From NCBI GenBank assembly GCA_031372565.1, contig JANMLN010000110.1, forward strand, positions 1 to 10,202: DNA of 10,202 bases. The letters are read 5' to 3'. Below the pieces are notes generated by a model, which saw only the letters and a list, made by a program, of their open reading frames with translations, was not told the origin of the DNA and made no database searches. This DNA is from Gemmatimonadota bacterium (GTDB lineage: Bacteria; Gemmatimonadota; Gemmatimonadetes; Gemmatimonadales; Gemmatimonadaceae). Shown piece by piece: positions 1 through 6,164 of this stretch; within the stretch, counting starts at the first letter, position 1; every line of letters begins with the position of its first letter. Both the position numbers and the translations under genes were made by a program.

Positions 1-169
1 GCGGCCACGGCGGCGGTGTCTGTTCCCCGCGCGCGCGGGGATGAACCGCCCGAGGCATTCGTGGACGCGATGTTGATCGCCTGTTCCCCGCGCGCGCGGG
101 GATGAACGGCCGCGCGCACGGCATGGCTGGCGTACGAGGTCTGTTCCCCCCGCGCGCGGGGCTGAACCG
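1..169 (+). CRISPR. Trailer end of a type I-E-like CRISPR array: 3 repeats, 2 full spacers and 1 partial spacer; probably continues left of the window
   Basis: Repeat CTGTTCCCCGCGCGCGCGGGGATGAACCG at 20-48 (29 nt). A copy at 81-108 lacks one C near its 3' end. A copy at 141-169 has 2 substitutions. Spacers 49-80 and 109-140 are 32 nt each. The repeat closely resembles the E. coli type I-E repeat GTGTTCCCCGCGCCAGCGGGGATAAACCG. Degeneracy increases rightwards, as expected at the leader-distal end. Confidence 0.93.
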
Positions 170-207
170 CAGTTCACGCAGATGCAGCACCCCGTCAAGC
201 GGGGGCG

Positions 208-1125
208 CTACGCACCGGGTGGATGGAACGCGAGCACGGGGACCGCGAGCCGGGCGATGATCGTTTCGGTCACGCTGCCCAGCAGGAAGCGCATCAAGCC
301 GCTGCGACCATGCGTGCTGATGGCCACGAAGTCGGGGGCATGACTGGTGACGGCCTCTTCGATCGCGCTCGGCGTGGCCACGTTGGCCGTGACCTCGACG
401 TCGACGGTGAATCCCTCGGCGCGCAGGGTGTTGGCGACGCCGTCGAGATAGTCGCGCGCGGCCGCCAAATCGCCCTCGAGGGCGAGGGAATCGGTCATCG
501 AGACGGGCATTGGCGTGGGGGCCAGGTCGACCGTGACCGGCGCGACCATGCGGAAGAGCGTCACGCGCCGCGCGCCCGAGAGCAGCATGGTTGCCGCCGG
601 GATCACCGCCTCGGCCAGCGCCGTGCCGTCGAGCGGGACGAGCACGTGTTGGAGCGAGCGCGGCGCGGCAGGGGCGGCCCCATCCACCGGGTGCAGCAGC
701 AGCACGGGAATGGGTGCCTCGCGCGCGAGTTCCTCGGCCACGGAGCCCATCGCGGCGCGCGCCAATCCGCTGCGGCCGTGGGTGCTCGTCACGATCAGGC
801 GTACGTCGTGGGCGCGGGCGTAAGCGATGATGGCACGGACCACGCTGCCCTCCAGCAGGGCGGCGTGCACGGGACGATGCGCGTATCGGCGCAGGTCGGC
901 CGCCGTGGTCTCGAGCTCCAATCGCTGGTCCTTGCGGGTCTCCTCCTCGAAGGCGGCATCGATCACCGGCATCGGGGTGATCGCGTCCATCGAGGGCACG
1001 GCGACCAGTTCGTGGACGCGCACGACATGCACGTCGGCGTTGAGCGCGGTCGCGGCCGTGAGGGCGAGCGGGATCGCCGACTCGGCGAAGCGGGAGCCAT
1101 CGAGGGGGGTCAGGACGGCGGTCAT
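208..1125 (-). CDS. Universal stress protein with two tandem USP domains (305 aa)
   Basis: Two units start with PLDGS and PLDGT and end with STHGRSGLARAAMGSVAE and STHGRSGLMRFLLGSVTE, followed by PVLL and PVLA. A GAGG Shine-Dalgarno lies 5 nt before the ATG. Confidence 0.93.
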   Translation of the reverse strand: MTAVLTPLDGSRFAESAIPLALTAATALNADVHVVRVHELVAVPSMDAITPMPVIDAAFEEETRKDQRLELETTAADLRRYAHRPVHAALLEGSVVRAIIAYARAHDVRLIVTSTHGRSGLARAAMGSVAEELAREAPIPVLLLHPVDGAAPAAPRSLQHVLVPLDGTALAEAVIPAATMLLSGARRVTLFRMVAPVTVDLAPTPMPVSMTDSLALEGDLAAARDYLDGVANTLRAEGFTVDVEVTANVATPSAIEEAVTSHAPDFVAISTHGRSGLMRFLLGSVTETIIARLAVPVLAFHPPGA

Positions 1126-1209
1126 ATGGGCCTCGTGTCGGGTGTCTCCCGTACACTACGCAACCTGACCACGGGGCGCTACGGGCCTCGGCCCGACACG
1201 ACGACAGGG

Positions 1210-2712
1210 TTACCCCGATACATCCCCGGATCGCAGGCCCATACTCGGCGTCGGCCGGAGCGCCACCGACATGCGCAGGCCCGGCATCGTCGCCATCCGC
1301 TTCTGGAGCCGTTGCAAGCCGTCGTACGCCGCGTACTTGAAGCTCTCGCCCAGCGTCGGGTAGTTGAACACGGACTGGATGAACAGGTCGAGCGTGGCAC
1401 CGAAGTGCATGGTGCAGCTCACCACGTGGATCAGCTCGCTCGCGCCTTCGCCGACGACCGTGGCGCCGAGGATCAGCTGGGTGCCGGGGTCGAACAGCAG
1501 CTTGATGAACCCCTCCAGTTCGCCGATGATCTCGCCGCGCGCGTTCACCTTGAAGCTGGCTTTCCCGATTTCGTAGTCGGTCCCCTCGGCGCGCAGCGAA
1601 TCTTCCGTCGCCCCCACCATGGCCACTTCGGGAATGGTCCAGACGGAGTACGGCACGAACCGCGACACTTCGCGCTTGTATTGCAGGTCGAACGCGTGGC
1701 AGATCGCCACGCGCGCCTGTTCCATGCTCACGCTGGCGAGCGCGGGATAGCCGATCACGTCGCCCGCGGCGTAGATGTTCGAGGTGCTGGTCCGGTAGAA
1801 CGGATCGGTCTCGATGTAGCCGCGGGGGTTCACGGTCACTCCCGCTGCGTGGAGGTCGAGTTCGTCGGTATTGCCGCGCCGACCCACGGTGACCAGCACG
1901 CAGTCGGCCTGCAGGGTGCTCTCGTTGCTGAGCATGACGTCCGCGACGCCATCCTGTACCGTCACGCCGAGGACCTCGGTGTTGTCCATGACGCTGATCC
2001 CCAGGCGCCGTGTCATGGCGGTCTCGAGGGCGTCGGAGGCATCGGGGTCGAGCTGCTGCAGCAGCCGCGAGCGCGAATTCACGAGCGTCACCTTGCAGCC
2101 GAGGGCGGCAAAGATGCTGGCGTACTCGGAGCCGATCACACCGCCGCCCACCACGATCATCCGCGTGGGAATCTTTTCGAGGCGCAGCACCGAGTCCGAG
2201 TCGACCACCACGACATCGTCGAACGGATAGGCCTCGGGGCGCAGCGGGGCCGACCCCGTGACCACGAGAAAGACCTCGCCGGTGATGCGTCGCACCGGCT
2301 GGCGGTACGAGCGCACCTCGACGGCATTGGGGCCGATGAAGTGGGCGAGCCCCTGCACCTTCTCGATGCCGTGCCGATCGAGGTTCTGGTTGATCCGTTC
2401 CCACTCCGCTTCGACGACCGCGCGCTCGCGATACATGAAGTCGGAAATGGTGATGTCGCTCTTGACCGTGTAGTCGACCCCGTACAGGCCGCGCTGGCGA
2501 AGTCCGGAGAAGTAGAGGGCGGTCTCCCGGAGCGTCTTGCTCGGAATCGTGCCGGTGTTGACCGCGGCACCGCCCGGCCGGGGCGACTTGTCGATCAGGC
2601 AGACGCGCTTCCCGAAGTAGGCAGCCTGCGCGGCCCCCTTCTCGCCGGCGGGGCCGCCGCCGATGACCACGAGGTCGAAATGGTCCGGATGTGGAAGGAG
2701 GTCTGCACTCAT
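1210..2712 (-). CDS. sthA: Soluble pyridine nucleotide transhydrogenase (Si-specific NAD(P)+ transhydrogenase), about 500 aa; the real gene within the 1210..4341 ORF
   Basis: FAD-binding DLVVIGGGPAG; GTIPSKTLRE; NAD-binding VVGGGVIGSEYA; IYAAGDVIGYPALAS; C-terminal FNYPTL typical of SthA rather than the HPT of lipoamide dehydrogenase. Start placed at ATG 2712 (MSADLLPHPDHFDL), just before the Rossmann motif; the exact start is uncertain. Confidence 0.88.
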   Translation of the reverse strand: MSADLLPHPDHFDLVVIGGGPAGEKGAAQAAYFGKRVCLIDKSPRPGGAAVNTGTIPSKTLRETALYFSGLRQRGLYGVDYTVKSDITISDFMYRERAVVEAEWERINQNLDRHGIEKVQGLAHFIGPNAVEVRSYRQPVRRITGEVFLVVTGSAPLRPEAYPFDDVVVVDSDSVLRLEKIPTRMIVVGGGVIGSEYASIFAALGCKVTLVNSRSRLLQQLDPDASDALETAMTRRLGISVMDNTEVLGVTVQDGVADVMLSNESTLQADCVLVTVGRRGNTDELDLHAAGVTVNPRGYIETDPFYRTSTSNIYAAGDVIGYPALASVSMEQARVAICHAFDLQYKREVSRFVPYSVWTIPEVAMVGATEDSLRAEGTDYEIGKASFKVNARGEIIGELEGFIKLLFDPGTQLILGATVVGEGASELIHVVSCTMHFGATLDLFIQSVFNYPTLGESFKYAAYDGLQRLQKRMATMPGLRMSVALRPTPSMGLRSGDVSG

Positions 2713-2861
2713 GCCGCAGGGCACTCGGGGACAGCGATCACGCGACATCCGGAAGAGGGGAACCGGAGGTGGCACGCGCACACGCGCGGCATCCGCTGAC
2801 CGATTCAGTGTCTGCGCTACGATGACGATTCCCGTGGCGCTCTGCAACAGCGAAGCCGAAT

Positions 2862-2879
2862 GCGTCCCGAACGGGACGC
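2862..2879. promoter_or_regulatory. Dyad GCGTCCCG-AA-CGGGACGC in the divergent sthA/ispH intergenic region (operator or RNA hairpin)
   Basis: Perfect 8-bp inverted repeat ending 11 nt before the putative ispH -35 box. Confidence 0.4.
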
Positions 2880-2890
2880 CGGGAGGCCGG

Positions 2891-2919
2891 GTGACGGTCA
2901 TCGGGAGGGTCGCTAGCTT
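2891..2919 (+). promoter_or_regulatory. Putative sigma70-type promoter of ispH
   Basis: GTGACG (2891-2896), 17 nt, TAGCTT (2914-2919). The ATG lies 9 nt after the -10 box. Confidence 0.5.
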
Positions 2920-2928
2920 TCCTGTCCT

Positions 2929-4152
2929 ATGGCGCAAACCGATCCCGGCTTCACCTACGTACGCAAAGGCTTCGGCCTCAAGGCTGAGGTGCAGGACACC
3001 TTGGCCCAGGACTACAACGGGCAGCTGGTGGACCTGTTGCGGGCCCGCGAGTACACGCTGGAGGCGGGCGGGGTGACCGTGCGGCTGGCCCGCGAGTTCG
3101 GGTTCTGCTACGGGGTGGAGCGCGCGGTGGACTACGCGTACCAGACCCGGCGCAAGTTCCCCGACAAGCGCGTCTTTCTGGCCGGGGAGATCATCCACAA
3201 CCCGCATGTCAACGCGAAGCTCAAGGAGATGGGGGTCATCTTCCTCGACTCGCTGACGGACGGCAGCGGCTTCGACTTCACGGGGGTCGAGGCGCCGGAT
3301 GTGGTGATCCTGCCAGCGTTCGGCGTGACGATCCGCGATTTCGAGGTCCTGCGCGGGATTGGCTGCGTGGTGGTCGACACGACCTGCGGGTCGGTGCTGA
3401 ATGTGTGGAAGCGGGTGGAGAGCTACGGCCGCGACGGCTTCACGGCGCTCATCCACGGCAAGTATTACCACGAGGAAACGCGCGCGACGGCGAGCCAGAT
3501 GGAGAAGTACGCTGGCGGGCGCTGGATCGTGGTGCGCAGCATGGACGAAGCGCAGCTGGTGATGGCTTTCATCGAGGGGAAGGCGGACCGTGCCGCGTTC
3601 CTCGAGACGTTTGCAAAGGCGATGAGCACCGGGTTCGACCCGGAGCGCGATTTGCAGCGGATCGGCGTGGCGAACCAGACGACGATGCTCGCGCGCGAGT
3701 CGCTGGCGATCGCGGCCGAGGTGGGCAAGTCGCTGGAGCGGCGCTACGGCGTGAGCCACGTGGCGGACCACTTCCGGTCGTTCGACACGATCTGCAGCGC
3801 CACGCAGGACCGGCAGGACGCGGTCAACGACCTGCTGACCGAGCCGCTCGACGTCATGGTGGTGATTGGCGGATACAACTCGAGCAACACGATCTCGCTG
3901 GCGGCGCTGTGCAGCGAACGGGTGCGGACCTATCACGTGGCCGACGCCACCTGCATCGACGTCGCGCGCGGTGCGATCCGGCACCTCCCCACCGGGAAGT
4001 ACGACGAGGTGGAGGAGCTGGCCTGGCTGCCGACCGGGACGATTCGTGTGGGGATCACGGCCGGGGCGAGCACGCCGAACAACAAGATCGGCGAGGCGGT
4101 CGCGCGGGTGTTCGCGAGCCGCGGCGTGGAGCTGGCGCAGCTCACGGGGTGA
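2929..4152 (+). CDS. ispH: 4-hydroxy-3-methylbut-2-enyl diphosphate reductase (MEP pathway), long form, 407 aa
   Basis: Three Fe-S cysteine motifs FGFCYGVERAV, DTTC and DTICSATQDRQ, plus GEIIHNP, HEET, NQTT, GGYNSSNT and GITAGASTP. Confidence 0.97.
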   Translation: MAQTDPGFTYVRKGFGLKAEVQDTLAQDYNGQLVDLLRAREYTLEAGGVTVRLAREFGFCYGVERAVDYAYQTRRKFPDKRVFLAGEIIHNPHVNAKLKEMGVIFLDSLTDGSGFDFTGVEAPDVVILPAFGVTIRDFEVLRGIGCVVVDTTCGSVLNVWKRVESYGRDGFTALIHGKYYHEETRATASQMEKYAGGRWIVVRSMDEAQLVMAFIEGKADRAAFLETFAKAMSTGFDPERDLQRIGVANQTTMLARESLAIAAEVGKSLERRYGVSHVADHFRSFDTICSATQDRQDAVNDLLTEPLDVMVVIGGYNSSNTISLAALCSERVRTYHVADATCIDVARGAIRHLPTGKYDEVEELAWLPTGTIRVGITAGASTPNNKIGEAVARVFASRGVELAQLTG

Positions 4153-4189
4153 GCGCGCCGTCGTCCTGAGCGCGCCGTCGTCCTGAGCG
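4150..4189 (+). repeat. 17-bp tandem duplication TGAGCGCGCCGTCGTCC x2 plus a partial TGAGCG
   Basis: Identical units at 4150-4166 and 4167-4183, then TGAGCG at 4184-4189. The first unit begins at the ispH stop codon. Confidence 0.95.
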
Positions 4190-4257
4190 AAGCGAAGGAC
4201 CTGCTTGTGCTCTTGGCGGGGAAGAAAAAGCTGGTCCTTCGCTTCGCTCAGGACGAC
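4177..4257. repeat. REP/REPIN-like palindromic element: perfect 25-bp inverted arms around a 31-nt spacer
   Basis: GTCGTCCTGAGCGAAGCGAAGGACC (4177-4201) is the exact reverse complement of GGTCCTTCGCTTCGCTCAGGACGAC (4233-4257). Each arm has its own imperfect internal palindrome (GTCCT...AGGAC). It resembles CGTC-tagged extragenic palindromes and may also act as the ispH 3' stem-loop. Confidence 0.85.
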
Positions 4258-4274
4258 AAAAAGTGGTGTCCGGC

Positions 4275-4304
4275 TTGACCGGAGGCCCGCTCTCGCAGTA
4301 TGCT
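4275..4304 (+). promoter_or_regulatory. Putative sigma70-type promoter of glnK-amtB
   Basis: TTGACC (4275-4280), 18 nt, TATGCT (4299-4304). Both hexamers are near consensus in a GC-rich background. Confidence 0.6.
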
Positions 4305-4422
4305 CGGAATGTCGGTCCCGTCCCGACCGGCACGCCCACACTCATGATCCGCGATTGACCGCGATGGCATCGGCTTTCAGGCCGAGGCCCACGCGTTCGT
4401 TTCGCGCTTTCCCGAGGCCAGC

Positions 4423-4833
4423 ATGAAGCTGATCGTCGCCATTATCCGCCCCGAGAAGCTGGCCGATGTGAAGGGCGCGCTCTTCCGGGCGGGCGTCACG
4501 GGCATGACCATCTCGCGCGTGACCGGCCACGGCGGCGAACGTGAAGTGGTGCAGCAGTACCGCGCGCAGACCATCGTGCTCGATTTCCACGAGAAGATCC
4601 GGATCGAGATGGCCTGCTCCGAGCCGTTCGTCGAGGTCTGCATCCAGGCCATTCTCGCGTCGGCCCGCTCGGGGGGCGTCGGGGACGGCAAGATCTTCGT
4701 GCAGTCACTCGATCAGGTCATCCGGATCCGCACGGGCGACCGCGACGTCGCGGCGCTGACGCCGGTGAACGCCGAGGAAGTCCAGCGGGCATCGAAGATG
4801 ATGCTGGCGATCACGGACGAGGAGCTGACATGA
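4423..4833 (+). CDS. glnK: PII nitrogen regulatory protein, Thermus/Deinococcus-like T-loop, C-terminally extended (136 aa)
   Basis: MKLIVAIIRPEKL; G35-H-G37; YR47; K58; B-loop GVGDGKIF; C-loop RIRTG. GAGG SD at 4414-4417. Its stop overlaps the amtB start (ATGA), the classic glnK-amtB arrangement. Confidence 0.93.
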   Translation: MKLIVAIIRPEKLADVKGALFRAGVTGMTISRVTGHGGEREVVQQYRAQTIVLDFHEKIRIEMACSEPFVEVCIQAILASARSGGVGDGKIFVQSLDQVIRIRTGDRDVAALTPVNAEEVQRASKMMLAITDEELT

Positions 4834-6161
4834 CACCCGCCGCCATCTCCGCCGGTGACACCGCCTTCGTGCTCATGTCGACGGCCTTCGTCATGCTCAT
4901 GGTCCCGGGGCTCGCCTTCTTCTACGGCGGCCTGGTCCGCGGCAAGAGTTCGCTCAACACGCTGCTCATGAGCCTCGGGGCGCTCGGCGTGGTATCGGTG
5001 CAGTGGGTGCTCGTCGGCTACTCCCTGTCGTTCGGGCCCGGCAGCAAGTGGATCGGGTCGTTCGCGTGGGCAGGTCTTGCCGGGGTGGGCGCGGCGGCCA
5101 ATCCCACCTATGCGGCGACGATTCCGCACGTCGCCTTTGCCGCCTATCAGGCCATGTTCGCGGGGATCACGGTCGCGCTCATCTCCGGCGCGGTGGTCGA
5201 GCGCATGAAGTTCTCGGCCTTCCTCCTGTTCGGGCTGCTCTGGACGTTCGTGGTGTACGATCCGCTCGCGCACTGGGTGTGGGCGGATGGCGGGTGGCTC
5301 CGGACGCTGGGCGCGCTCGATTTTGCCGGGGGCACCGTCGTGCACATCAGCGCGGGGACGTCGGCGCTCGTGGCCGCGGTCGTGCTGGGCAAGCGCCGCG
5401 ACTTCGGTCGGTCGAGCATCGTGCCGCACAACGTGCCGTTCACCCTGCTCGGCGCCGGCCTGCTCTGGTTCGGCTGGTTCGGATTCAATGGCGGCTCGGC
5501 GCTCGCCGCCAACGACGTGGCCGCCAATGCGCTGCTCACCACGCACACGGCAGCCGCGTCGGCGATGGTGACCTGGCTGCTCATCGACCTCCTGCGCTCG
5601 GGACGAGCAACCGCGGTGGGCGCGGCGACTGGAGCGGTGGTCGGTCTGGTCGGCATCACGCCAGCGGCTGGCTTCGTGACGCCCATGGCGTCGATCGCGA
5701 TCGGCGCCGCCTGCTCGTGCCTCTCGTACGCCGCCATCCAGTTCCGGCCCAAGCTCAAGATCGATGACGCGCTCGACGTCTTCGCCTGTCACGGTGTGGC
5801 CGGGATTGGCGGCGCGATCCTGACCGGTGTCTTCGCGACCAAGGCGGTCAACCCGGCAGGGGCCGACGGCCTCTTGGCAGGAAATCCCGGACTCGTCGTC
5901 GTGCAGCTCACGGCGGTTGCGGCGACGATCGTCCTGTCCGCGGCCGCGTCCTGGGGCATTCTGCAGCTCGTCCACGGGCTCATGGGGCTCCGCGTGCCGC
6001 TGGGCGACGAGGTCATGGGCATCGACCTCGCCGAGCATGGCGAAGAGGCCTACCATGGCAGCGGCGTTGGCGACCTCGTCGGGAATGTGAGCAGTCTGGG
6101 AGACAGCGTGGTGCTGCCCGTCACCGAGACGGACTCCGCGTTCGCACTTCGACGCACGTAG
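4830..6161 (+). CDS. amtB: Ammonium transporter, Amt family (443 aa)
   Basis: PGLAFFYGGLVR, AHWVW, DFAGGTVVH (first conserved His), LLWFGWFGFNGGS, DDALDVFACHG (second His) and GIDLAEHGEEAY. Many hydrophobic segments. GAGGAG SD lies in the last glnK codons. Confidence 0.97.
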   Translation: MTPAAISAGDTAFVLMSTAFVMLMVPGLAFFYGGLVRGKSSLNTLLMSLGALGVVSVQWVLVGYSLSFGPGSKWIGSFAWAGLAGVGAAANPTYAATIPHVAFAAYQAMFAGITVALISGAVVERMKFSAFLLFGLLWTFVVYDPLAHWVWADGGWLRTLGALDFAGGTVVHISAGTSALVAAVVLGKRRDFGRSSIVPHNVPFTLLGAGLLWFGWFGFNGGSALAANDVAANALLTTHTAAASAMVTWLLIDLLRSGRATAVGAATGAVVGLVGITPAAGFVTPMASIAIGAACSCLSYAAIQFRPKLKIDDALDVFACHGVAGIGGAILTGVFATKAVNPAGADGLLAGNPGLVVVQLTAVAATIVLSAAASWGILQLVHGLMGLRVPLGDEVMGIDLAEHGEEAYHGSGVGDLVGNVSSLGDSVVLPVTETDSAFALRRT

Positions 6162-6164
6162 TGT

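Noticed and set aside
190..204. CCCCG-TCAAG-CGGGG as a fourth CRISPR repeat or a terminator
   Set aside because: It is out of the 60-61 nt period, lacks the GTT and GAACCG flanks, and has only a 5-bp stem with no U-tract.
1009..1020. 12-nt exact match (TTCGTGGACGCG) between CRISPR spacer 1 (58-69) and the USP gene, suggesting self-targeting
   Set aside because: Only 17 of 32 positions match overall and the PAM-proximal seed is mismatched. A 12-mer hit in 10 kb of GC-rich DNA is plausible by chance.
223..2799. 858-aa plus-strand ORF
   Set aside because: Antisense shadow of USP and sthA. No recognisable motifs; long stop-free reverse frames are expected at high GC.
2713..4341. Apparent 543-aa N-terminal extension or fusion on SthA (1043-aa ORF)
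   Set aside because: It is the antisense of ispH plus intergenic and REP sequence. SthA homology begins near 2712.
4205..4363. Upstream part of the 73-aa ORF 4205..4426 and the minus ORF 4142..4345
   Set aside because: These translate the REP element and promoter. Only the ATG-4364 portion is kept as a possible leader peptide.
4365..4380. Sigma54 promoter for glnK (TGGCAT...)
   Set aside because: There is no GC at the -12 position (GG-N10-CA). TGGCACG at 2770 fails the same test.
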